Of a stretch of DNA of 64,000 nt, positions 53,222 through 62,948 are shown in pieces. The notes beneath the pieces are model-generated. The model saw only the letters and a program-made list of their open reading frames with translations, did no database searches and was not told where the DNA came from. The stretch comes from an uncultured Chloroflexia bacterium (GTDB taxonomy: Bacteria > Chloroflexota > Limnocylindria > Limnocylindrales > CSP1-4). The number at the start of each line of letters is the position of its first letter. Position 1 is the first letter of the stretch. The stretch covers positions 64,001 through 128,000 of the forward strand of contig CAVVNQ010000018.1 in the NCBI GenBank assembly GCA_963749705.1, in the 5' to 3' direction. Made by a program: the position numbers and the translations under genes.

Positions 53222-54121
53222 TCATATCACGCTCACGTCGCGGCCATGCCGGCCGCGGTTGACGAACCATACGTAGACGGTAATGACCAGCAGCATCACG
53301 ATGATCAGGAGCACCGCCATCGCCGACCCGAACGGCCAGTTGCGGGTCTGGATGAACGCGTCCACCAGCGCATTGCCCATGAGGAACGTGCGGCCGTAGC
53401 CCAGGATGGCGGGGATGACGTACTCGCCCGTCATCGGGATGAACACCAGGATGCTGCCCGTGATCAGGCCGGGCAGCGCGATCGGCAGGGTGACCTGCCG
53501 GAACGTCGCCCATCGGGCGGCCCCGAGGTCCTTCGATGCCTCGACCAGCGTCCGGTCCATCCGCTCCAGCGTCACGTACAGCGGAAACACCATCAGCGGC
53601 AGGTAGCCGTAGACCAGGCCCAGGAGCACGGCCGGCGGGTTGCCCAGGATCCGGAAGTCCGGGTCGCCGATGATCGCGCCGATGAACCCGCCAAGGTTCT
53701 CCCTGCCCAGGATGATCAGCCACGAGTAGGTGCGGATCAGGAAGCTCGTCCAGAACGGGATGACCAGCAACAGGATGAGCAGCCCCTTCCGCCGTCGCGC
53801 ACGGGTCGCGATGAAATAGGCGAGCGGGAGTCCCACCAGCAGGCAGCCGATGGTGCCGGCCACCGCCATCCACAGCGAGGTGAAGAACGGCTCCAAGCGC
53901 TGGGGCTGGCTCAGCAGCCGCGTGTAGTTGTCGAACGTGAACGCGGCATCGTAGCCGCCGTTCTTCGCGCGGTTGCCGAAGCTGAACACGGTCACGATGA
54001 CGAGCGGCGCCACCAGCAGCACGAGGTACCACAGGCCGGCCGGAAACACGAGGGCGGTGGTCAGGAGGGCGGACAGGCTCCGCCGCCCTCCTGGTTCCGT
54101 CGCCGTGGTCGGTTCCGCCAT
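53222..54121 (-). CDS. potB: Polyamine ABC transporter permease
   Basis: IPFWTSFLIRTYSW, EASKDLGA, NWPFGSA. Confidence 0.9.
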   Translation of the reverse strand: MAEPTTATEPGGRRSLSALLTTALVFPAGLWYLVLLVAPLVIVTVFSFGNRAKNGGYDAAFTFDNYTRLLSQPQRLEPFFTSLWMAVAGTIGCLLVGLPLAYFIATRARRRKGLLILLLVIPFWTSFLIRTYSWLIILGRENLGGFIGAIIGDPDFRILGNPPAVLLGLVYGYLPLMVFPLYVTLERMDRTLVEASKDLGAARWATFRQVTLPIALPGLITGSILVFIPMTGEYVIPAILGYGRTFLMGNALVDAFIQTRNWPFGSAMAVLLIIVMLLVITVYVWFVNRGRHGRDVSVI

Positions 54122-54162
54122 CTCAGGCGCCGCTCATCGGTGATGCGATCCGCGGTCCGGGG

Positions 54163-55365
54163 TCAGCCGCCGATCTTGGACTTGAACTCCTGCCAGATGT
54201 CGATCCGATGCTGGTCGCTCGACAGGTCGATGGCGCCCTCGAGCTTGGACATCACGTCGTCCGGCGGGAAGATCGCAGGATCGGCCAGGACGGCCGGATC
54301 GATGTACTTCTTGGCCTCGTCGTTGGGCGACCCGTAGCCGTTGTAGTTCGTCTCCTCCGCCTGGACCTCCGGGTCCTGGATGAAGTTGAGGAACGCGTAG
54401 GCGGCGTTCGGGTTGGGCGCGTCGGCGACCAGCACCCAGGTGTCGAGCCAGAACAGGCTGCCCTCGCTGGGAACGACGTACTTGATGTCGGCGGTCGCGG
54501 GGTCGGCGCGCATCGCGACGATCGGTCCGGTCCAGCCCAGGCACAGTGCCGCTTCCTCGCTGGCGAGCTTGTCCTGGTAGGTGTCCGAGTCGAGCGCGAG
54601 GATGTGGGGGGCCAGGTCGAGCAGGATCGTGCGCGCCTGCTCGAGCTCGCCGGAGTCGGTCGAGTTGAGCGAGGCGCCGATCATCTTGAGCGGCATGATG
54701 AACACGTCGCCCATCGAGTCGACGAACACGGTCTTGCCCGAGTACTTGCCGACGGTCAGGTCGTACAGGTTCTGCCACGACTCGACCGGCTCGGAGACGA
54801 GCTTGCTGCGGTACAGGATGCCCGTGGTCCCGAAGTCCTTGGGCAGCTGGTACTCGTCCTTGGGATCCCAGTTGAGCCCCTTGAACGCCTTGTCGATGTA
54901 CTTCTGGTTGGGGACGCGGGACCAGTCGATCTTCTGGATGTAGCCGCCGTCGACCAGGGCCGGCGTGTACTCCGCGGTGGGCGCCGCGATGTCGTAGCCG
55001 GACGCGCCGGCCTGGAACTTCGCGAGCAGCTCCTCGTTGTTGGCGAACGTGTCGTACTGGAACTTCTCGACCCCGAACTGGGCCTTGAACTTGTCGATGT
55101 TGGTGGGACTCACGTAGTCCGACCAGTTGTACATGTACAGCTGCTTCTCGATCTCGTACGAGGGAGCCGCTGACGCGCCGGCGTCCGAGCTGGCTGCCGG
55201 CGCGCTGCTCTCCGCGGCCGCCGGGCTGTTGGTGCTGGTGCCACCGCTGCTGCAGGCGGCGAGCGCCGCGCTGCCACCGAGCAGGCCGGCCGCCGCCAGG
55301 AAGCTCCGACGTGGAACGCGGTTCTGCGACGCCCGCCGCAGGATCTCGTCGAGCTGATCCGCCAT
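54163..55365 (-). CDS. potD: Polyamine ABC transporter substrate-binding lipoprotein (Tat-type signal)
   Basis: RRSFL...LAAC, YNWSDY, PSEGSLFWLD; GGAGGAGG RBS. Confidence 0.88.
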   Translation of the reverse strand: MADQLDEILRRASQNRVPRRSFLAAAGLLGGSAALAACSSGGTSTNSPAAAESSAPAASSDAGASAAPSYEIEKQLYMYNWSDYVSPTNIDKFKAQFGVEKFQYDTFANNEELLAKFQAGASGYDIAAPTAEYTPALVDGGYIQKIDWSRVPNQKYIDKAFKGLNWDPKDEYQLPKDFGTTGILYRSKLVSEPVESWQNLYDLTVGKYSGKTVFVDSMGDVFIMPLKMIGASLNSTDSGELEQARTILLDLAPHILALDSDTYQDKLASEEAALCLGWTGPIVAMRADPATADIKYVVPSEGSLFWLDTWVLVADAPNPNAAYAFLNFIQDPEVQAEETNYNGYGSPNDEAKKYIDPAVLADPAIFPPDDVMSKLEGAIDLSSDQHRIDIWQEFKSKIGG

Positions 55366-55405
55366 GTCTCCTCCTCCAAATACCGGACGCTGCGTGACCC
55401 GACCG

Positions 55406-56635
55406 TCAGGCCACGAGAATGAGGTTCGCCGAGTCCTCCCAGCGGACGACGACCGGGTCGCCCGGACCAACGCCGTTGGCCGAGGTGGCCCCGGTCGCGT
55501 TCTGCCGCCGGACGATCATCTCGCCTGCGACATCGGTGGTGACGCGGAATTCCGTCTGCTCTCCCAGGTAGGTGCCCTGTCGAATGCGACCTTCGACGCT
55601 CGTCCAGCCGTCGCCGGCGGGCTCCGCATGCGCCGCGGGATCCACCCGCAGGCGCTCCGGCCGAACGGCGACGATGACCGCGGTTCCGGTGGCTGGGCGC
55701 GCATCGGGGTCCGTGACGATCCCGGTCAGCCGCAGGCCCCGGTCCGACTCGACGACACCGCGACCGGTCGCGGCATCGTGCTCCACGAGCCGGCCTCCGA
55801 TCGGGTTCGACACGCCGATGAAGTTGGCCACGAACCGGTTGACCGGTCGCTCGTAGAGGTCGGCCGGCTTGCCCAGCTGCTGGATGCGGCCGCTCTGCAT
55901 GACGACGATCACGTCGCTCATGGTCAGCGCCTCCTCCTGGTCGTGGGTCACGTACACGAACGTGATCCCGACCTCGCGCTGGAGGGCCTTGAGCTCCAGC
56001 TGCATCTCCTTGCGCAGCTTGAGATCGAGGGCACCCAGCGGCTCGTCGAGCAGGAGCACGGTGGGGTGGTTGATCAGCGCGCGCGCCAGCGCGACGCGCT
56101 GCTGCTGCCCCCCGGAGAGCTCCCAGGTGCGCCGCCGCTCGTAGCCGCTGAGGCGCACGAGGTCCAGCGCCTCGCCGGCGCGCCGCTTCTCGTCCGCCTT
56201 GGTGACCCCGCGCTGGCGCAGGCCATAGCCGACGTTCTGGGCGACGTCCATGTGCGGGAACAGGGCGTAGTGCTGGAACACCGTGTTGACGTTGCGCTTG
56301 TAGGGCGGCACGCCGGCGACGGGCTGGCCGGCCAGCAGTATCTCGCCCGACGTCGGCTGCTCGAAGCCCGCGATCATCCGCAGCGTCGTCGTCTTGCCGC
56401 ACCCGGACGGGCCGAGGAACGAATAGAACGAGCCGTTGGCGACCGACAGGCGCATCGCGTCAACCGCGATGACGTCCCCGAACCGCTTGGTCACGTCGAC
56501 GATCTCGACATCCGGGGTGCCGCCGCTCGCGGCGCCCGGGCCCAGGTCAGACCCGGCCGCACCGCCCATGTCCGGAGCGGCGCCGCGGCGCAGGCTGTCG
56601 TGGCCAGGGCTCGCTGCTCCGGGAGTCGCCGACAT
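55406..56635 (-). CDS. potA: Polyamine ABC transporter ATP-binding protein
   Basis: GPSGCGKT, FQHYALFPH, LSGGQQQR, TOBE domain; start uncertain. Confidence 0.9.
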   Translation of the reverse strand: MSATPGAASPGHDSLRRGAAPDMGGAAGSDLGPGAASGGTPDVEIVDVTKRFGDVIAVDAMRLSVANGSFYSFLGPSGCGKTTTLRMIAGFEQPTSGEILLAGQPVAGVPPYKRNVNTVFQHYALFPHMDVAQNVGYGLRQRGVTKADEKRRAGEALDLVRLSGYERRRTWELSGGQQQRVALARALINHPTVLLLDEPLGALDLKLRKEMQLELKALQREVGITFVYVTHDQEEALTMSDVIVVMQSGRIQQLGKPADLYERPVNRFVANFIGVSNPIGGRLVEHDAATGRGVVESDRGLRLTGIVTDPDARPATGTAVIVAVRPERLRVDPAAHAEPAGDGWTSVEGRIRQGTYLGEQTEFRVTTDVAGEMIVRRQNATGATSANGVGPGDPVVVRWEDSANLILVA

Positions 56636-56861
56636 GGTCAAACGCGCGTCCTCGGCTGCTGCGATCTTCGCTCGGCCCCCTGGGATCGGTCTGCGGATGG
56701 TACGAAGGCGAGCCACGGCGCGTCAACGTGGGTCGCGCATGGTGCGTGCGAAGTTCGCACATCGCGAGCCCGCTGCCCACGAGATTCGCGGGGTCGATCG
56801 CGCGTCGGCCCGTGGCCGATCGCACGTTGGACGCGTGGTCGCCGACCCTAGAATGGGTCCG

Positions 56862-57933
56862 ATGTACGTCGTGATCATGGCCGGCGGCGGTGGCACGCGG
56901 TTGTGGCCGCTGTCGCGGCCCGGACCGCCCGAAGCCGTTCCTCCCGCTCCTGGGCGAGGAATCGCTGCTGCAGGCGACCGTCCGGCGCCTGGCCGGGCTG
57001 CCCGGGCTCGGTGACGACATCACGGTCGTGACGGACCAGCGGTACGAGCCGCTGGTGCGCGCCCAGCTGCCCGGGGTCGGGGTCCTCGCGGAGCCGGCGG
57101 GCCGGAACACGGCTGCGGCCGTTGCCCTGGCGACGGTCGCCCTGGACCGGCCGGCCGACGAGGTGATGGTGGTCCTGCCCGCGGACCACTTCGTGGATCC
57201 GGGACGCGAGGGGTTGTTCCGGGACATCCTCGCCAACGCCGCCGACCGGCTGGCGACCGGCGTGTTCGGCATCGACGATCCGCTGGTCACCCTCGGCGTC
57301 CGGGTCACGCATCCGTCGATCGAGTACGGCTACCTCGTTCCCAGGTTCGACCAGGGCGGCGTCATCGACGGCCTCCAGGCCTATCCGCTCCAGGCCTTCG
57401 AGGAGAAGCCAAAGCCGCCGCGGGCGGAGGAGCTGGCGCGCCAGACGGGTGTCGCGTGGAACGCCGGCATGTTCCTGTGGCGGCGGCGTGCAATTCGCGC
57501 CAGCCTGGAGCGCTACTCCGGGCTGGTCGGGCTGCTGGAGCCCACGATCAACTCGCGCGCCCTGCTCACGCATGCCTACGAGCAGCTCAAGCCGGTGTCG
57601 ATCGACTACGCCGTGATGGAGAGCGCCGCGCGCGACGGCCGCGTGGTCATGGGCTCGATGGAGGTCGGCTGGTCGGACATCGGCAGCTGGACGTCGCTGC
57701 TCGAGGCGATCGGCGCCGGGGGCAGCGGCGCGGTCGTGCAGCCCGGCGAACGGGCCGACGTCGCCGCGGACGACCTCGTGGTTCGGCGCACGGACGGGGT
57801 CATCCGCGCCGTCCGCCCGTTGGAGGCCGGTAGCATGACGGCGGCGCAGCCGGTCGCCGTCCTCCACGGGCCCGATGAGCGCGCCGTGCAGGCGCTCCTC
57901 GACCGGTGTGCCGCAGCGGAGGCTGATGCGTGA
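56862..57933 (+). CDS. manC: Mannose-1-phosphate guanylyltransferase (apparent one-base insertion at 56919-56921)
   Basis: MAGGGGTRLWPLSRP in one frame, then RPKPF, EPAGRNTA, FEEKP, WNAGMF, SIDYAVME, WSDIGSW in the next. Confidence 0.88.
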
Positions 57934-59411
57934 CCGACCAGGCGACGGCGCCCACACCCACCCGGATCGTGTTCGGGACCGATGGCTGGCGCGCCCGCGT
58001 GGCCGAGGACTTCACATTCGAGAACGTGCGCCGGTGCGCCGACGGCGTCGCGCGCTACGTCGTCGGCCGCGGGGCGCAGGCGAAGGGCGTCGTCATCGCC
58101 TACGACCGCCGGTTCGCGTCGGAGCACTTCGCCCAGGCCGCGGCAGAGGTCCTGATGGCCCAGGACATCCCGGTCGCCATCAGCCGGACCGCCGTCCCGA
58201 CCCAGATGAGCTCGTACGAGGTGATGGAGCGCGGTGCGGCGGCCGGGATCGTGATCACGGCCTCCCACAACCCCTGGACGGACAACGGGTTCAAGGTCAA
58301 GGCGCCGACCGGTGCCGCCGCCGGCCCGGAGATCCTCTCGGTGCTCGAGGCCGCGATCGCGGACAACGGTGGCCGGGCCGTCGAGCGGCGCCCGTTCGCC
58401 GATGCCGAGGCCGCGGGCATGGTCGAGTGGTTCGACCCGTTCCCGGGCTATGAGCGCTACGTCCGCCGAACCGTCGACCTCGACGCGCTCAAGGCGGCGG
58501 ACGTGTCGGTGCTCGTCGAGCCGCTGTACGGCTCGGGTTCGGGCTGGATCCCGCGGCTGCTCGATGGGGGCAGGATCCGGGTCACCGAGATCCACAGCGA
58601 GCGCAACCCGTACTTCGGTGGCGTCAACCCCGAGCCGATCCGCCCGCACGTCGACGAGGCGCTGGCGCGGATCGCGGGCGGCGGGTTCGACCTCGGGCTG
58701 CTGCTGGACGGCGACGCCGACCGCGCGGGCGCCGTCGACGAGCGGGGCACGTTCCTGCACCAGCTCGAGGTGACCGGGCTGCTCATGTACTACCTGGCCG
58801 AGCATCGCGGGCTGCGCGAGCCGGTCGTGGTCAGCGTCAACAACACATCGACCGCGGCCACGCTCGGCCGGCACTACGGGATCGAGACATACGAGGTCCC
58901 GGTGGGCTTCAAGTTCATCGGACCCAAGATGATCGAGACCGGCGCGATGCTGGGCGCGGAGGAATCCGGGGGCTACGGCTTCGGGATGCACCTGCCCGAG
59001 CGCGACGGGATCTACGCGGACCTGATGCTGCTCGACCTGTTCCTCAAGGAGCGGGCACGTGGACGCTGGCCGGTGTCGCAGATCATGCAGCAGTTCCACG
59101 CCCTGGCCGGTCCGTCGTTCTATCGCCGGATCGACGTCCACTTCCAGCGATCGGAGTACGAGGACGTCAAGCGCCGCGTCCTGGTCGGGCTCCGCGAGCA
59201 GCCGCCGGCGTCGCTCGACGGCGAGCCCATCGACCACACCCAGGTGCTGTCGACCAACGACGGGTTCAAGTTCTTCCTGGCCGACGGGTCGTGGCTCCTG
59301 GTCCGCGCGAGCGGCACCGAGCCGCTGGTCCGGGTGTACACCGAGGCCACCCGACCGGACCTGCGCGACGAGCTGGTCGTCACCGGCGAGCGGCTCGTCC
59401 GGGGGGGCTGA
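57930..59411 (+). CDS. Phosphoglucomutase/phosphomannomutase
   Basis: FGTDGWR, TASHNP, DGDADR, GAEESG, RASGTEP. Confidence 0.93.
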   Translation: MTDQATAPTPTRIVFGTDGWRARVAEDFTFENVRRCADGVARYVVGRGAQAKGVVIAYDRRFASEHFAQAAAEVLMAQDIPVAISRTAVPTQMSSYEVMERGAAAGIVITASHNPWTDNGFKVKAPTGAAAGPEILSVLEAAIADNGGRAVERRPFADAEAAGMVEWFDPFPGYERYVRRTVDLDALKAADVSVLVEPLYGSGSGWIPRLLDGGRIRVTEIHSERNPYFGGVNPEPIRPHVDEALARIAGGGFDLGLLLDGDADRAGAVDERGTFLHQLEVTGLLMYYLAEHRGLREPVVVSVNNTSTAATLGRHYGIETYEVPVGFKFIGPKMIETGAMLGAEESGGYGFGMHLPERDGIYADLMLLDLFLKERARGRWPVSQIMQQFHALAGPSFYRRIDVHFQRSEYEDVKRRVLVGLREQPPASLDGEPIDHTQVLSTNDGFKFFLADGSWLLVRASGTEPLVRVYTEATRPDLRDELVVTGERLVRGG

Positions 59412-59530
59412 CCGGGCGGCCCGGGGGGTGTAGGCTTGGCATCAGCGACCGCCATCACCGGTCCTGCGGGTCCGACCGGACGGCGGCCCTCATGGACGCC
59501 CGTCGCGGGGCGACTGGAGGTAGATCGGCG

Positions 59531-59803
59531 ATGCACTCCTCTCTCATCGGCAAGGTCGAGAAGGCGAATCGCTACGCTCGCGAGCTTGATCGGATCACGA
59601 TCGAGCGCGTCGCCCTGACGTTCCGCGGTGACAACGACACCCATCACGTCAGCCTCGATGCCGGCCAGTGGCACTGCACGTGTCACTACTTCGAGAGCTG
59701 GGGCTCGTGCGTCCATCTCCTCGCGCTGCAGAAGATCTTCGGTGTGATGCTGCCCGAGGACGCGCAGGTCTCGATCTTCAACGCGGCCCCCGCACCCGCC
59801 TGA
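59531..59803 (+). CDS. Small SWIM zinc-finger protein
   Basis: CTCHYFESWGSCVH (CxC...CxH); GGAGG RBS. Confidence 0.8.
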   Translation: MHSSLIGKVEKANRYARELDRITIERVALTFRGDNDTHHVSLDAGQWHCTCHYFESWGSCVHLLALQKIFGVMLPEDAQVSIFNAAPAPA

Positions 59804-59896
59804 CCGCGCCCGCACGCACCGCGCCCCGCACGCCGGGGCCGCTGGCACCCGGCTGAGGCGGCGGACGAGCGGCCGCGGCACCGGACCGGCACGCGC

Positions 59897-60463
59897 TCAT
59901 GGCGCGACCTCGAGTCGCCAGAACCACGTGGCGTCGTATCCGGCCGCGAACGTGGCAGTGAGCTCGAGGCTCCAGTCCCCGGGCCGTCCGGGCGCGGCGA
60001 TCACGATCGCGCCACCGGCGCCTTCGGCGCCGGGCACGGCATCGCCCGCCGCGCCGTCGACGACCGGTGCCCATCGGGCGAGCCACGTCGCCTGGCCGAG
60101 TCCGGGGTCGAATGACACCGCGACCGGCCCGCTGGATACATCGACGATCGGGTCACCGACGATCCACGGCGCGTCCGACACCAGCCCGTTCCAGCTGAAC
60201 GTGCCCAGATCGCCGGCGACCGGTGCGTCCCAGGTTCCGGTGAGCATCGCCCGCGGGGGATCCGCGGGCATCGGCGGGAGGCTCGGGCGCACGCTCGGGG
60301 AGAGGCTTGGCGCTGCCGGCGAGGGACTGTCCGGCGCCGGCGGCTCGGTCGGGGTCGCGCTCGGCGCGCCCCCGCCGCATGCCGCAAGCGTCGCGACGAC
60401 GAGCAGCGCCCAAACCAGGCGACGCGGGCAGCCGCGAGCGCCGGGGGCGACCGCGTTCGGCAT
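59897..60463 (-). CDS. Hypothetical lipoprotein
   Basis: LAAC lipobox, Pro-rich linker, beta-rich domain; TGATG overlap with the upstream gene. Confidence 0.7.
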   Translation of the reverse strand: MPNAVAPGARGCPRRLVWALLVVATLAACGGGAPSATPTEPPAPDSPSPAAPSLSPSVRPSLPPMPADPPRAMLTGTWDAPVAGDLGTFSWNGLVSDAPWIVGDPIVDVSSGPVAVSFDPGLGQATWLARWAPVVDGAAGDAVPGAEGAGGAIVIAAPGRPGDWSLELTATFAAGYDATWFWRLEVAP

Positions 60464-61506
60464 CACGACCCCCCGCCGATGATGGACAGGGGACACGGCT
60501 TGTAGGCACACCCGGTAAAGGCGCTGACGCTCAGCGTCGACGCCGTCGAGCCCCGGAGGCCTTCGCCGGCGGGCTTCGAGAACACGGCCCGGAAGCTCTC
60601 GGACGCCCACACGACGACCGACGCCGAGTACCTCCCCGACGACCCGGAGGCCATCGTCGCGATCGTCGACCAGCCGCTGCCCGTGCTGCCCTGGAGGACC
60701 ACGACGCGGGCGTTGACCGGGTTGTTCAGCAGGCGTCCGGTTCCGGCGCTCGTCAGGGTTGCGGTGAAGGTGACGGTCGAGCCGGCCACCACCGCGGTCG
60801 CGGACGACGTGAGGGCGAGCTTTGTGGGCACGTCGAGACACGTGCTGTACAGGGTCGTCCAGGTCTGGACGTCGTACTGCTGCTGGAGGGTTGCCACGTC
60901 GCAGCGCGCGTACCTGTGGGCGTTCCATCCGGCCTTCGGCTTCGCCGGCTGGATGCGCTGCATGATGGCGTCGAGGGCGTCGCTGTTGTCCGGGAGGTTC
61001 ACGTGGTGGTCGAGGATCATCACGTGCCCCAGCTCGTGGAGGGCCACGTTCTCGGCCTCGAAGCAGCCGTTCGGCGATCCGGTCATCTCGCACCAGCGCA
61101 GCGTGCCCCAGTCGTAGCGGTGGCCGTTCTCGCGATACCACACGCCGAACCAGCCGGGTGGATCGCGGCGCATGCAGGCCAGGGCGTTGACGCCGCACGG
61201 GACCGAGGTGCCGTAGTAGACGAGATTGCCCGAGCTGCTCGAATAGGCGAACGTCGGCGCCTTCGACAGCCGCGTGCCGTTGGCGTCCGCCGCGCCCCTC
61301 GCGATCGCCGAGCGGATCGCCGACGGCGGGGTGCCGGACGACGACCAGCGGTAGGTCAGGCCGAGGTTCTGGGCGTACAGGCCGCCGCCGAGGATCGGGT
61401 CGGGGGTGGCCCCGACGGCGGGCAGCACGTTCGCGAGCGACAGGATCAGGCCGAGCACGAGGGTGACGACGTGGACCGCCGTCCTGCGGCGCAGCTTGCC
61501 GGTCAT
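60463..61506 (-). CDS. Secreted metzincin-type zinc metallopeptidase with C-terminal Ig-like domain
   Basis: Signal peptide, HELGHVMILDH, Met-turn AIMQ, Ser/Thr-rich beta-sandwich tail. Confidence 0.75.
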   Translation of the reverse strand: MTGKLRRRTAVHVVTLVLGLILSLANVLPAVGATPDPILGGGLYAQNLGLTYRWSSSGTPPSAIRSAIARGAADANGTRLSKAPTFAYSSSSGNLVYYGTSVPCGVNALACMRRDPPGWFGVWYRENGHRYDWGTLRWCEMTGSPNGCFEAENVALHELGHVMILDHHVNLPDNSDALDAIMQRIQPAKPKAGWNAHRYARCDVATLQQQYDVQTWTTLYSTCLDVPTKLALTSSATAVVAGSTVTFTATLTSAGTGRLLNNPVNARVVVLQGSTGSGWSTIATMASGSSGRYSASVVVWASESFRAVFSKPAGEGLRGSTASTLSVSAFTGCAYKPCPLSIIGGGS

Positions 61507-62594
61507 CGGGTCGCCTCCTCGATGGCGTCGAGGGCGGAGGTCAGCGGGTTGATGGCCCGAGCGTCACGCGGATCGGACACGAGGCCATCCGGCGCCACCA
61601 GCAGGTCATCCACGGGAACCGTCGAGCCGCTGGTCGCGGCCGACCCGTCCCGAACGGGCAGCAGCCCGGCGCCGCCGGCGACGGTCGAGCGGCCCCCGGT
61701 GTCGAGGTCGACCAGCTCCAGCCGGCCGTCGGTCGCCGAGTACGCGACGACACCCAGGCCCGTCCCGCCGACGATCGCCGGGCCCGCCTCGCGCACGATG
61801 ACGCTTCGCTCGTGCGCCTCGACATCGACGGCGATCACGGGGCACGGGAACCCGTGGCACACGCCGGCGGCGATGACCGTCGAACCGCGCATCCCGAGCA
61901 TCGGGCCGGTCGCCTCGACCGACGTCACGTGCCTGGTCACCGGATCGAGGATCCGGCTCCGGCAGGCGAGCTCGCCGCATGACGACACGGCCAGCCGGCC
62001 GCCGTCGACGAGGCGCAGCTCCGTGCTGAACGTCGGACCGTAGCGATCATCCGGCGCCAGCCCGGGCAGCACCTGGATCGCCGTCGAGCTGCCCGGCTCA
62101 CGGCGCCAGACCCCGAGGTCCGCGCGTGTCACCCGGTCGACCCGGTGCTCCCAGATCGTCCCGTCGCCGGACGCAAGGACGGCACCCCGGATCACGTCCG
62201 CCTCGCGCGCGACGACCGTTGCGCACCCCCGGCCGACGTCGATGACGCGCAGCTCTGAGGCCGCCCCATCGTCATCGCCCACCACGACCCGGCCGTCCAC
62301 CGGGCCGGATGCGAATGACTCCGGCGACAGGTCGAGGTGCTGCTCCCGGCGACCGATCCGGCCGAGCGTGAGCCGCCGGCCCTCGAGCGTCCCAGTGTCG
62401 TCGAGCATCGAGTCCAGCCGGTACCAGGCCGCCACCGCTGGTTCGCCGGCCGCGGGCGCCACCGTCGGACACGGCGGTGGCTGCCAGGGTGGTGCCGCCG
62501 CGCTCAGCATCGGCGGGCGGCCGAGCCCGGTCGCGGCGAGCGCCCCGAGCACGGCCAGTGGTGTCAGGCCCCGGACCCATCGGGCAGCCTCCAT
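61503..62594 (-). CDS. Hypothetical secreted beta-rich (propeller-like) protein
   Basis: Signal peptide, paired Cys, GGAGGAGG RBS, ATGA overlap with the peptidase. Confidence 0.7.
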   Translation of the reverse strand: MEAARWVRGLTPLAVLGALAATGLGRPPMLSAAAPPWQPPPCPTVAPAAGEPAVAAWYRLDSMLDDTGTLEGRRLTLGRIGRREQHLDLSPESFASGPVDGRVVVGDDDGAASELRVIDVGRGCATVVAREADVIRGAVLASGDGTIWEHRVDRVTRADLGVWRREPGSSTAIQVLPGLAPDDRYGPTFSTELRLVDGGRLAVSSCGELACRSRILDPVTRHVTSVEATGPMLGMRGSTVIAAGVCHGFPCPVIAVDVEAHERSVIVREAGPAIVGGTGLGVVAYSATDGRLELVDLDTGGRSTVAGGAGLLPVRDGSAATSGSTVPVDDLLVAPDGLVSDPRDARAINPLTSALDAIEEATR

Positions 62595-62735
62595 GAGAAC
62601 CTCCTCCGGCGGGGACATCGGTGGCGGGAGGAGGGCGAGGTCGCAAGTGTCGCGGGCGCCACATATCGCCCACTTATCGGGCGGCGGAGTGGTACGCTCG
62701 ATGGGTCATCGGGACCGCGTGGTCCCCCAAGATCC

Positions 62736-62856
62736 GACGCGGTACGGTCGCGAAGCCGGTGCGATTCCGGCACAGTCCCGCTACGGTGACCGCCCCCCGG
62801 GGGCGGAAGTCCGGTCGCCGACCTGCCGTCGCCGCTCGAGCCTTCGAGAGAAAGGT
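62736..62856 (+). ncRNA. Cobalamin riboswitch
   Basis: GAAGCCGGTGCGATTCCGGCACAGTCCCGCTACGGTGA...GAAGTCCG core, P13 CCTTCGAGAGAAAGG; upstream of btuF. Confidence 0.88.
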
Positions 62857-62882
62857 CAGGCGTATCGTGCGATCCACCGCCT

Positions 62883-62921
62883 GACCCTTGCTTCGACCCG
62901 AAGCGAGGGTCTTCTGCTTCT
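62883..62921 (+). terminator. Riboswitch-controlled terminator hairpin
   Basis: GACCCTTGCTTCG-ACC-CGAAGCGAGGGTC followed by TTCTGCTTCT. Confidence 0.7.
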
Positions 62922-62948
62922 CCGGCCTTCCCGCACACTGGAGTCCCC

